A stretch of DNA of 64,000 bases from positions 1,674,334-1,738,333 of the forward strand of contig BCKQ01000002.1 in NCBI GenBank assembly GCA_001600695.1. The letters are read 5' to 3'. Source of the stretch: Ascoidea asiatica JCM 7603 (Eukaryota; Fungi; Ascomycota). This document shows positions 10,437 through 21,405 of this stretch, in pieces. How positions within the stretch are numbered: position 1 is the stretch's first letter; each line of letters begins with the position of its first letter. Made by a program: the position numbers and the translations under genes. The notes beneath the pieces are model-generated. The model saw only the letters and a list, made by a program, of their open reading frames with translations. It was not told the origin of the DNA and ran no database searches.

Positions 10437-12464
10437 TCAAACCTTTTCGTCTTGATGATTAGAATCGCCCTCTTCAAACTTATTAGCTTCTGGTCCAGAT
10501 GAACCATTTTGATTGAAAAATTCTTCACCATTATTATATTCACCGTTGAAATCCTGGCTTTGATTCTGTTGTTGTTGTTGCTGTTGTTGTTGATGATCAT
10601 AATCATAATCAAATCCTGATTGTTGTTCTTGTTGTTCTTGCTCTCCATTTCTAGGAGGGGCAGGACTTCTATCTCTAGTAAATTCAGAACTCTCTTCACC
10701 TCTTACAGGAGAATGGTCTCTTTCACTATAATTCTGAGTATTTCTTCTATCTTGATAAGAACCACCTCTACCACCTCTTCCTCTGTAATTGAAATTTCCT
10801 CTGTTATTATAATTTCCTCTCATTCCGTAACCCCCTCTTTGTTCATAACCACCTCTTGGTTCATATCCACCTCTGGATTCATAGCCACCTCTTGGTTCGT
10901 ATCCTCCTCTTGGTTGATAACCACCTCTTGGTGCTCCATATTCAAATCCTCCTCTAGGAACAAAGTTATTGTAACCACCTCTTTGATAATAACCGCCTCT
11001 AGGCATATATCCACCTCTAGGCATGTATCCTCCCCTAGGCATGTATCCACCTCTAGGCATATATCCTCCCCTTGGATTAAATCCACCTCTGGGGTTGAAA
11101 CCACCTCTAGGCATATATCCTCCTCTTGGTGCATAACCACCTCTGGGGTTGAAATAGCCACCTCTAGGAGCACCACCAAATGTACCTCTTGGTGGATGAG
11201 GAAGAGATCTTGCCCATTGAACTCTTAAAACACCATCTGTGGCATTATTATGATAATCTGGGTCTGGATTTGGATTATTTGGATCATCATAACCATATTC
11301 ACCAGGTTGAGGTTGATGTCTTTGTTCTTCAGGCAAAACAACAGGAGTTTCATTCAATCCTTTTAATGCTTTTTCCGCATCTTCAGGATTGACAAATTCT
11401 ACAAACGCATAAGGTGGACCATCTGGAGTTTTGGTTGGGGGAACAACCAATCTGATTAAATCTCCATATCTATATTTTATATGAGTAATGTTAATATTTG
11501 AAAATTTTGATTATAAAATTAAGGCGATTTTTGAATTTGAAAGGAAATTGAGAAATTGAATATACTATTGTTTGTTTGATTCTTTCTTTTGATGATGAGA
11601 AGAGGTGATTATGATGTTGGAGGTAGAGAAGGAAAAAGTAATTTAAATAAAGATTTGAAAATGATATTAAAAAATTATGGAAATGGATTTCAATTTGATT
11701 TAAGTTGAATTGGAAAAAATATGAGAAACATTTGAGTTATTTTCTTATTGATTTAAAGTGATTTTGATGATTCTTGAAATATTTATGCAATGTTATTGTT
11801 TTTGAAATTATTTTTTTTTGAAAAAATGAAAGAAAAATTCAGTGATCATAAAACGGATTTTGAAAATCGATGAATCAATAAAGACTCGGAGAATAATAAC
11901 AAAAAACAAAGCACCAAAATAAATAACCAAATTAGTAAATCAATAATTCAAAAGTTCAATCTAAAAAAAAATGGTTGTCATCAAAGCAAGATAATCCCAA
12001 AGGGCAATAATCAGAAGAATAATCCAAAAAGTCAAATCAATGAACAAAAAGGCAAAACAAAGAGAAGAGGAACAAGAACAAGGAGAGATTTTATCGCAAT
12101 CAAAGGTTGCATTTTAAACCAGTATTCGCATCTAATAAAATACTTTCTGTTCAAAAAATTTTCAACAAAAGAAAGAAAAAAAAAACAATGGCAAATCTAT
12201 TCAGCAATTTCACCAAAAAAAAACCAAAAAAATCAAAACAAAAATCTGGTTCCATGAGAGCTTAAAACTTACCCTTCAAAAAAAGGTGCTAGGACACTAG
12301 AATCAACAGCTTTTCCAAAGCCTTTTCAAAAATTGCAAAAAAAATGTTAGTACTTAGCGCTAGAAAGGTATAGACAGTGGTAAAATTGAAGAAACTTTAA
12401 AAGTATCAAAGTATCTTAGATAAATGAGCTACTTACCAGTAACATAAAGAGTATTTTTAGACAT
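10437..12464 (-). CDS. SLR1: Single-RRM SR-like protein of the Srp1/Slr1 family with RGG-repeat tail; spliced join(12464..12437,12321..12273,11469..10437), 369 aa
   Basis: Splicing restores the RRM: MSKNTLYVTGFGKAVDSSVLAPFFEGYGDLIRLVVPPTKTPDGPPYAFVEF...VLRVQWAR. This closely parallels S. pombe Srp1 as recalled (TLYVTGF...FAFVEY...VLRVEWAK). Both donors are GTAAGT and the exon phases give one open frame of 1110 nt. Confidence 0.85.
10770..11190 (-). repeat. Coding minisatellite with an ~18-nt unit encoding (xPRGGY/F)n
   Basis: About 18 PRGG/QRGG/SRGG units such as YMPRGG; on the plus strand, repeats of CCACCTCTAGGCAT. Confidence 0.9.
11470..12272 (-). other. Intron 2 of the SR-like gene (803 nt)
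   Basis: GTAAGT donor at 12272, non-canonical branch TATTAAC at 11496-11490, TAG acceptor ending at 11470. Confidence 0.82.
12322..12436 (-). other. Intron 1 of the SR-like gene (115 nt)
   Basis: GTAAGT donor at 12436, TACTAAC at 12352-12346, T-tract, AAG acceptor ending at 12322. Confidence 0.85.
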
Positions 12465-12836
12465 TTTTTGATAAAGATTTTGATTAAAAAGATAATAAAA
12501 TTAATCTTAGTTCTTCTTGAGAAAGTTATTTATCATTACATTTAATTATTAAATAGTTAGCTGAATTTCAAATTATTTTTTTGGTTGATGAACCGGTAGG
12601 GTTTGGAAAATCTGAATTTTCGTGTCTATCATGTGACCATTTTTTAAAGTATCCATACTGGTAAAGTTAGTGTTTTCGAAACTTTATATGCAATATTACA
12701 GTAATATTTAAAACTGTCGTTACTTTCAAGACGCTTCTGAAATAAAACTATTACAAACATCATTTTTTTATTAACAAGAGAAAGATTTGAATTTAATTTT
12801 TTAAGTATCGTAATTGATTAATAACATATATCAGGA

Positions 12837-15719
12837 ATGGAACACGAATTAGATGATTTGATAATATGGATAAAAGAAGCAAAGAAAAGTGCAAGAGAAC
12901 TACTTCAAGAAATACGGTTTAAGGAATCTCAGGAAACTGATGAAATAGATTTTGCAAGTTTTGTTCCTATCATTTCAGAACCTGTCATAGAAGAGCATGA
13001 AACAGAAGAAAATGTCTTTAAAGATTATGAGAACTATGAAAATAGTTTTTCCCAAGAAATTGAAGAAAATAATAGTTATAGTGATGAATATTCCTCAAAA
13101 GAAGAAGAGGGACACAACACAATAGAAACTAATAATAATCAAAAAATTCCATATTTTCCGGAACCATATAATTTAAAAAGTAATAATGAAGATAGTGAAG
13201 GCGATAACATGAGTAATCAAGAATATCAAGAAGAAGATTACGACGAAGAATATGACGAAGACATTAGTAAAGGCACATCTGAGGAATTTATTGATAAAAG
13301 ATCTAATCAAGTTGAAAATATCAAGTATGAGAGTATCGAGTCCGAAGAAGAAGAATCCAAAGAGGGATTCGAAGAGGGATCCGAAGAGGAATTTGAAGAA
13401 GAATCCGAAGAAGTGGAATATGAAAATGAGAATCCCGATCAAATAGAAGACAACAAGGGGAAAAAGCACTATGAAATACAAGAAATCGATGATTTAAATT
13501 ATGGCACTCAACAAAATGATGAAAATCAAAGTGATGAGGTAAAATCTATTAATGAAGAAGATAATGAAGATCAAGATCAGTATGAAAATCAGTTTGAGTA
13601 TGAACAAAATTCAAATATAAATAACCGATTTCACGTAAACAATTATGCTGAAACTAATAGAAATCAAATTGTCTCAAGTCGACATTTGAATGTTGAGAAA
13701 AATGCAAACAGTAATTTTCAGAATCAGTATATAAGCAACGAAGCTGAAGAAGACAATAATGATGTTGATAGTGATTATTCTGATGATTATGAAGAATATG
13801 AAAACGAAAAACAAAAATTGGAGGAAGACAACGAAGAAGAAGACCAGGTGGTAGAATACCAAAATGATTTTCAAAAGAAAAATCAGAATTACTACCAAAA
13901 AGATTCTCAGCGGAAGGAAGATCAAAACAAGTACCAGGAATATCAAGAGGAAGATGACGAGACAGATCATGGGAAATATTACCAAGAAGAAGATGAAAAA
14001 CCGGAAACAAAAAATGATTTGAAGGATAGAATAGAAATTCAAAGAAACAAAAACTATAGCCAAGATTCTCAATCTTTTAGCTATGAAAGTAATGCCTCTA
14101 GAAATGTATTTCCTACAGATTTTGAAAATTCAGAAATCGTTCAAAAAGAAGTAAATCAAATAACTAACTCTATAACTCAAAACTCTCAATTTCAAGACTA
14201 TAGCTCAGAACGAGAAGAAATTGATAAAAACGCTGAAATTGTTGATATATCTTCAGATGATGACGATGATTCCTCGAATAGTGAAGAAGGTGAAGGTATT
14301 CTTATTGATTTCGATAGGCCTATCAACAAGAGTGTATCTCTTACTACTAATACAATGGAGCATGAGGTAACTGATATTATACCTTCAGCTCAAAATAATC
14401 AAGTGCAGTCTTCAAATCACTTTTTTGGAGAAAATATTATAAACGAAAGAGAGAATTTAAATAATATTGACCAATTTTCAAACCATTTTATTCCTCGAAA
14501 AAACAATTTGGAAATAGTACATGATTCTTCGAGAAATAATGATGCCAAAAATATCTCAAATGAAATTGAAAGAGAAATCAATAACTTTCCAGATATGAAT
14601 TCTAATTTGATAAATGAAAATTTTGGGATTATTATTCCAAATCCAGGAGAATTTGAGATTGATCCATCTTTGCACTCTTCAATAGATACAAATTTAATTG
14701 AACAAAATCTTTCTTTAGCTGTGTCTGGATTTCAAAATGATATTAATATGAACCAAGAAGGTGAGGAAAATAATAAGAATCCTTTTATAATAACACAAGA
14801 ATCTAATCTTATATTCACAGGAAGTTCAAGCCAGATCCAAAAGGATAATTCAGAAATCGAAAATAAAGAAAATAGTTCATCAAAAGTGCATCCTTATTTG
14901 AATGAGATAGATAGTACAGAAGAATTAAATATTTCAAAAAATGAGAATGAACAAATAAATGAAAAAAATGTAAAACCCAATTTTTTTAAACAAAAAGAGA
15001 AATCTTCAGAAACTTTAAATGAAATACGAAAAGAAAGTGATAATCATGATACCTTTTCATCTCAATTGAAGGAAACCATTGATGAAGAAAATACTAATCA
15101 AAAGTTTGTATCCTTTGTAAATACAGAATTAGATAATGATAAATTTAATGAAAATAATTTTATGAGAAATGAGACTTATATTCCCATAATAAATGAATGT
15201 AAATATGAGTCTGAGTGTATAAATAAAGTTATTTTAGATGATATTCCAATAAAATCTACTTCAAAAGAAATAGTGCAAAAAGAAATTAATAAATCTACTA
15301 TTGATAAGAAATTGAATGATAATATTGAAGAAAAAATAGATAATTTGAGTTCTTTAATTGTAAAAGAAGATAAAGTTGAGGATATTTTAAATGATGATAT
15401 TTCTACTAGTACACAAGCAAAGGCTATAAAGGGTATTGAAAAGGTAAAAAAAAAAAAAATTGTAGCTAATGCAGAGGAAGAAGTAAAAGAAAAAGTTGAA
15501 TTAAGCCCAAAGGTGGAAAGTATAATTGTAAAAGATGATAATATACCTTTTAATATTTCACTAGAAGCTTCTACAACTCCAAATCAAAATAATCAAAATA
15601 ATCAAGATAATCAAGAGAGTAAAGAAAGTAAAGAAAGTAAAGAAAGTGAAGCTGAACCTAGTTCGACAGAAAGTGAACATGAAAGGGTATTCAGTATTGA
15701 TAGTTCATTTTTTTCATAA
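12837..15719 (+). CDS. Highly acidic, low-complexity 960-aa protein; probable divergent Esc1 orthologue
   Basis: D/E/N-rich, with an N-terminal amphipathic helix LIIWIKEAKKSARELLQEI and a SIM-like IVDISSDDDDD. It lies divergent from and one gene away from TRS130. The ORF is solid; the identity is inference. Confidence 0.7.
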   Translation: MEHELDDLIIWIKEAKKSARELLQEIRFKESQETDEIDFASFVPIISEPVIEEHETEENVFKDYENYENSFSQEIEENNSYSDEYSSKEEEGHNTIETNNNQKIPYFPEPYNLKSNNEDSEGDNMSNQEYQEEDYDEEYDEDISKGTSEEFIDKRSNQVENIKYESIESEEEESKEGFEEGSEEEFEEESEEVEYENENPDQIEDNKGKKHYEIQEIDDLNYGTQQNDENQSDEVKSINEEDNEDQDQYENQFEYEQNSNINNRFHVNNYAETNRNQIVSSRHLNVEKNANSNFQNQYISNEAEEDNNDVDSDYSDDYEEYENEKQKLEEDNEEEDQVVEYQNDFQKKNQNYYQKDSQRKEDQNKYQEYQEEDDETDHGKYYQEEDEKPETKNDLKDRIEIQRNKNYSQDSQSFSYESNASRNVFPTDFENSEIVQKEVNQITNSITQNSQFQDYSSEREEIDKNAEIVDISSDDDDDSSNSEEGEGILIDFDRPINKSVSLTTNTMEHEVTDIIPSAQNNQVQSSNHFFGENIINERENLNNIDQFSNHFIPRKNNLEIVHDSSRNNDAKNISNEIEREINNFPDMNSNLINENFGIIIPNPGEFEIDPSLHSSIDTNLIEQNLSLAVSGFQNDINMNQEGEENNKNPFIITQESNLIFTGSSSQIQKDNSEIENKENSSSKVHPYLNEIDSTEELNISKNENEQINEKNVKPNFFKQKEKSSETLNEIRKESDNHDTFSSQLKETIDEENTNQKFVSFVNTELDNDKFNENNFMRNETYIPIINECKYESECINKVILDDIPIKSTSKEIVQKEINKSTIDKKLNDNIEEKIDNLSSLIVKEDKVEDILNDDISTSTQAKAIKGIEKVKKKKIVANAEEEVKEKVELSPKVESIIVKDDNIPFNISLEASTTPNQNNQNNQDNQESKESKESKESEAEPSSTESEHERVFSIDSSFFS

Positions 15720-16066
15720 ATTAAATGAAAAAGCTTTAATATTTTTTGGTGATTATATTATTATATTATTATATTATTATATTATTAAATGGATTAGATG
15801 AATATAAGTAAGTAATTAAAATTAAAAATTTGATGAAATATATAAAACAAGTTAAAAAAAATACACTATTTACAAAGTATATATTAAAAAAGATAAAATA
15901 AATATTAATGATTTAATGATATAATGAATATTTTTTTTTTATTTAATGAAAGAATATATGAATGATTGAATGAATAAATGGGTATGAAAAAGTAGAATAT
16001 TAATATAATGAAATAGATGAGAGAAAAGTCGTAAATAAAATAAATGAATAAAATATTAATAAATTT

Positions 16067-17110
16067 TTAATCAATATTTTTCATTAAAAATTCAAACATA
16101 AAAAAAAACATTGCATTATTAATCATAGATCTTGTAACTGAGATACCTAAACCTTTAAAAATTTTATTTTTATTTGGAAATTTTAATTTTAAATTTAATT
16201 TTGGTAAACCTGCTTGAGATCTTAAAATATTTGTAACAATATCTCTTTGAGATAAAGATTTTATTGTATCTAATGGAAAAACTAAAATCCAACTTACAAT
16301 ACCAGATAAAGCACCTGCAATTGTTATTATAAATGGACCAATTGGTATACCATTATCTTTATCATTATTTTTATCATTATTTTTATTTTTATTAAATTTT
16401 AAAGAAATATTAATTAATAATAATTTACAACTTTCATAAGTTGAGAAATATAAACCAGAACCTAAAGAATCTCTAATAAAATGAAATTTAAAACCAGAAT
16501 ATAAACCTAAGATTCCTTGAGATTTTATAATTTGTAATGGAATTGAAATTTTTTTTAAATTTATATATAAATTTTTATTTTTTTTTATTGAAATTTTTTC
16601 AAGAAATGAAATTTGTGCAAATAATTTTGAAAATTCAAATGGACATGCAAATATTGAAACTAAAGCACCAGAAGTCATACCTGTTAACATTGATACAGGA
16701 ATATTATTTAATAAAGAAGAATAATTATTATTATTTGAATTATTGAATTGAAAAAGATTATAATTATTATGAAATATATTTTTAAAAATTATTGGTTTTA
16801 AAGAAGTATATAAAATTACTGAAGTTGATTTTGAAATTGAAGTTGAAATTAAAGGAGCATAAATACCTTTAAAGAAACCATGAATACCTTCATTTTTTAA
16901 AGTATCTTTAAAACAATGATTAAAATTATTATAATAAGAAGTTTGTAATCTAGTTTTAATAGTATCCAATGGATAAACTAAAGTAAATGAAGAACATGAA
17001 GCAAGAAATGAAAATATTGAAGTTTTATAAATTTTTAAAGATTCTGGTAATATAACACATAATGGATCAGAATTTTCACCAACTGCAGTTATTGCAGGTA
17101 TTTTTTCCAT
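16067..17110 (-). CDS. Mitochondrial carrier family protein (Ymc/Crc/Ort-like branch, substrate unassigned)
   Basis: Three carrier signatures: YPLDTIKTR, CPFEFSKL and FPLDTIKS; also GFFKG and GLYSG. Confidence 0.9.
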   Translation of the reverse strand: MEKIPAITAVGENSDPLCVILPESLKIYKTSIFSFLASCSSFTLVYPLDTIKTRLQTSYYNNFNHCFKDTLKNEGIHGFFKGIYAPLISTSISKSTSVILYTSLKPIIFKNIFHNNYNLFQFNNSNNNNYSSLLNNIPVSMLTGMTSGALVSIFACPFEFSKLFAQISFLEKISIKKNKNLYINLKKISIPLQIIKSQGILGLYSGFKFHFIRDSLGSGLYFSTYESCKLLLINISLKFNKNKNNDKNNDKDNGIPIGPFIITIAGALSGIVSWILVFPLDTIKSLSQRDIVTNILRSQAGLPKLNLKLKFPNKNKIFKGLGISVTRSMINNAMFFFMFEFLMKNID

Positions 17111-17827
17111 TTTTTTTTTCGTTTAAAAAAGAAAAAAAAAAAAAAAAGCAAAATAATAATTAATTCATAAATGTTTACTTATAAAGATATAAAAATATGA
17201 ATATAAATACAAATATAAATATGAATATAAATACAAAGGTAAATAAATAAATATTTCAATCAGCAGATCTTCAGCTTTAGCACTTTGTTCAGATAAAAAC
17301 TCGAAAATAATCAAAATTATCAGTCAGGAGCCCGAGTGGCATAGTTAACAGTTAACAGTTAACAGTTAACTATGCTGGGCTGCGGCAAGTGACGAATTGA
17401 CGAATTGCACCCTGCACGATCCAGAAACACAGCCACAGCACCAGCCACAAAAGAAGAAGACCCGCGGAAATGGTCTCGAAAAGAAACTAGGCGGATGGTG
17501 TCCGGATTGTTGTTTTTAACTTCCATGCTCCGGAAACACGTATCCGCGTGCTTTCCGCGTGTTTACGTATTCCGTGCCATGGAATGCGTATCCGAGCTGC
17601 ACCCTGCGGATATTTCTAATTTTTCACTGTAAAATCACGTGGCTATTCAGATTTCATCAATTCAATCAATTAATGAAATAATGAAATAATGAAATAAATA
17701 TAAAATAATGAATAAATATAAAATAATCATGAAATATATATGAAAGTATCTTTATTATCAAAAGTTTATGAGACTCTAAGTTTAACAAGCAATTACAGAT
17801 TCATTCATTCAAAAAGAGAATTTCAAA

Positions 17828-18148
17828 ATGAGTATACCACTTACACAACTTAAAGAAAAATTAAAATCTTTATCAAAAATTTCTGCAAAAATTTTTAATC
17901 AAAATTATAATCCAAAAAATTTAAGAACTGGTGCAAAATATTTAAAAAAACAATTAAAAGGTCCAACTGTTGCTAAATATTATGGTCCAATAGATTTCCC
18001 AACTTTTAAAGATATTAAAACTTTATATCCAAATATAAATTTTGTAAATGAAAATGAAGAATATCGTTTAAAAAGAATAACTGCTTTAAAAAGAAGAGGT
18101 AAAAGTGCTCCTGCAAAAATTAAAAAAGGTGATAAAAAAAAGAAATAA
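17828..18148 (+). CDS. RSM27: Mitochondrial small-subunit ribosomal protein mS33
   Basis: KIFNQNYNPKNLRTGAKYLKKQLKGPTVAKYY...KRRGKSAP; convergent with GPI1 as in S. cerevisiae. Confidence 0.93.
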   Translation: MSIPLTQLKEKLKSLSKISAKIFNQNYNPKNLRTGAKYLKKQLKGPTVAKYYGPIDFPTFKDIKTLYPNINFVNENEEYRLKRITALKRRGKSAPAKIKKGDKKKK

Positions 18149-18181
18149 TGATTCATTAAATATTTTAAAATATACTCTTTT

Positions 18182-18191
18182 CATGTAAATA
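18182..18191 (+). promoter_or_regulatory. Puf3 element CATGTAAATA in the RSM27 3'UTR
   Basis: Exact CxUGUAAAUA, 33 nt after the stop. Confidence 0.8.
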
Positions 18192-18265
18192 ACTAAATAA
18201 TATATAAATATATCTCATTCATATATATATATATATATACTCATTCATATATATATATATATAAT

Positions 18266-19776
18266 TCATCTATTGGAATTCATTTTCATCAATTCTTCTC
18301 TAAATTTCAATGTTCTATCAAACGATATTTTGTAATCTTCATCAAAATCTATATTATCACTTGATTGATCATTTAATTCATTATTTAATTCATCATTTGA
18401 TTCATCATTTTCATAATAAATTTCTCCAATCATTGCTTTTTTTAAAAATTTTAAATTAAATCTTTTTTTAACTGAATTTTTAATTGATAAAAAATAAAAT
18501 GATTTAAAAAAAATATCATTTAAACTTAAAGATTCATTTAATAATTCAATATAATTAATATTATTATTAATATTATTATTATTATTATTATTATTATTAA
18601 AACTTTTAATTAATTTAAATTTAATTCCATTTGGAATTCTATTATTATCTTTAAATTTTAACATTATTAAAAACATTGGAAATAAATTTAAATCAATTAA
18701 AATTATTTCTATAATTAATTCAATAAATTTTATAAAAAAATTTGTTAATAAAAAAAATGAAAAATAAAATCCAAAAATTGTTGGTAATAAAAATATTAAA
18801 ATTATAAACATTAAAATTCCCATTAATAATTCATCTAATTTATAATTATTTTCTAAATCTATTCTTTTTCTTAAAATATTATATTTTTTACCATAAAATA
18901 ATCTAATTAAACTTAATGACATTTCTATAAACCAATTAAATATTTTTGATGATGAATAATAAATTAAATAAATTTGTTTTGTTAAAATTTTATAAAAATC
19001 AAAAAAAATTGAAATTAATAAACTTGATCCACCAATTATTAAAATTAAATTTATTATTTTATTTAAAAAAAAATTAAATATATTATAAATTTTAAAAATT
19101 TTAAAAATTAAATTAATAAATTTTATTAAAATTAATGAATAAACTTGAATAACCCAAATTATTAAATCTCCAAAAAATTTTGATAAATTTTCATTTAATT
19201 TTATATTTCCAGGATTATTCATTAACCAAAATGTTAAATTAATTAAAAATTTATTTAAATTATTAAATAAATAAATTATAAAATTTTTAAAATAAATTGA
19301 ATTAAAATTTTTATTTGAATTAAATAATTTTATTATTGAAATTCCAATAATTATATCATTTATTATTAACCAAATTGTATTATAAAGTTTTATATAATTT
19401 AAATAATTTTTTATATTAATTTCATTATTAATTTTATTATTAATTTCATTTCTTGATTTATATTTAACTTTATATTGATTTAAGAAAAAAATTGGAATAA
19501 AATAAAGTTGATATAATCTTAAATTTAATTGAGTTAAAAAATTAAAATTTTTATTATTTGTAAAATTTGTAAAATTTAATTTATTTAATAAAAAAATTAA
19601 ATAAAATAAAAAAATTTGATAAATAAATAAAAGATTAATTAAAATTTTTATAATTAAATTATTAAAATTTAAAGTTATAAGTTTTAAAATTAAATTAATT
19701 AAATTAAAAATAATATTACTTAAATTGAATAATAAATTATTAAATTGAAATTGATATTTAAGTTGATAATTATTGA

Positions 19777-19817
<41 letters not shown>

Positions 19818-20524
19818 GATGAAGATGAAGATGAAGAAATTGAATTAATTCTTAAAGAATGAAAATTATTTAAATTTTTTATAATTTTTTTATTAAAAGT
19901 ATTATTAATTTTTATAGAAGATTTGAAATGATTTTTAAAATTTAAATAATAATTTGGATAAATTTTATTATTTTTAAAATTTGAATTATTTAAGAATAAA
20001 TTAGTATCAATTCTTATTGGATTAATTGAATAAAATTGCATTAATCTTGGATCAGGAGGATTAAATATTATAAAATTATAATTATAATTTAAATTTGAAT
20101 TTAAATTTGAATTTAAATTATTAGATATATATAATTTTGGATAAATGAAATTTAAAGAATTATAAATTAAATAAATTGGATTATTAATTGTTGAAAATTT
20201 AAAAGTTTTATCATTAATTGAACCTAATAATTGAAATTTAATATTTTTATTATAATTGTTATTATTATTATTATTATTAATAATATTATTAAAATCTTTA
20301 ATAAAATCAATTGAATTTGAATATTTAATTATTGAAATAATTAAATAATTATGAATATTAATATTTAAACCAAATAAAGCATATTTATTATTTGGAATTA
20401 AAGATAAATCAGAAGGCCAATATATATAATCTGGAGACATGATATTAATTAATAAATTGATTAACTGATAAAAATAATAAATGATAAAAGAATGAATATT
20501 TGTAAAATCATTAAAAGGGTCCAT
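18266..20524 (-). CDS. GPI1: GPI-GlcNAc transferase subunit Gpi1/PIG-Q
   Basis: YIKLYNTIWLIINDIIIG, WLMNNPGNIKLNENL, LFYGKKYNILRKRID, ELLMGILMFIILIFLLPT. Confidence 0.92.
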
Positions 20525-21405
20525 TGAAATTAAATGTTTTTTTATTATTATTAACGTTTTTGGCAGATGACGTGAAAAAAATCAAATAAAAAAGCTTAAC
20601 AGTTAACAAAGAGGCGTTACCCGGCAAAGAAGCAGCGGCAATTCTAAAAAAGGAAACTAAAATAAATAAAAATATCAAATCGGGTGACTGGTCGGAAATA
20701 AAATACACGTGAGTTAGTTATGTAGTTGAAGGCATTAAATATGCATAACCAAAAAACAGACGCATTAAGTCACGGTTGAATGAGCATTTGTGACCCACGC
20801 GAAACCATGTTTTTGTTCCAGGTAATGCGCTGGTCCGCAGGGGCCTCTTCATTTTGCGGGTCGTCCTAAATATTTAAATGGGACGAAAGCAAATTGGTGG
20901 TTTTGTGGAGGAAATAATGAAATAATGAAATAATGAATCTGAATCTGAAGGTTGTGTTCAATTCCAGGCTGGTAAGACTCAACAGCTAAGAGCTAAGAGC
21001 TAACTGGTACCAGTCACCAGTCAGCAGTTAAGTGAATAATTGCCAGAGATTTCGTTCTTTTTCTTATTGTCTCATACTTTTTCGTGTTTTCTCCTAGTTA
21101 ACAATGTTATAACACTCACTTAGCGCTGTTTTACGCTGTTTTGGACTGTGAATTGATAATGCTGTGTCTTTTTGGTTATTTCTGGCCCCATTTCATAACT
21201 CATAATTCTTATTTCTTATTTCTTATTTTATTCCTATTCTTTTTGTTCCTGTTTTATATTTAGATATTCTTTTTATTACTAAATTCAATATTATTTTAAA
21301 CTTGTCTTTTTCAATTGCATTCATTTATCTATTTATTCACTTATTCATCTCCTTTTTAAATTTCATTTTCATTTATAATCAAATTCTTAAAATATATTTC
21401 AAAAA

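Noticed and set aside
11835-11990. Intronic box C/D snoRNA (TTGATGA...CTGA on the minus strand) in intron 2
   Set aside because: Imperfect C box, no terminal stem and no recognisable rRNA guide. Worth a snoscan run but unsupported.
1666-12629. Identical 14-mer ATTTTCGTGTCTAT at 1666 and 12616
   Set aside because: Contains an ordinary SCB-like CACGAAAA. The similarity does not extend, so it is not a repeat family.
10412-14072. Overlapping and antisense ORFs on the SR-like and acidic genes (and similar ones on TRS130, PUF3, TSC2, NBA1 and DCP2)
   Set aside because: Shadow frames of repetitive or biased coding sequence, with no domains.
20835-20890. Hammerhead-like GTCC...GGACGAAA hairpin
   Set aside because: The required CUGANGA core is absent before the stem.
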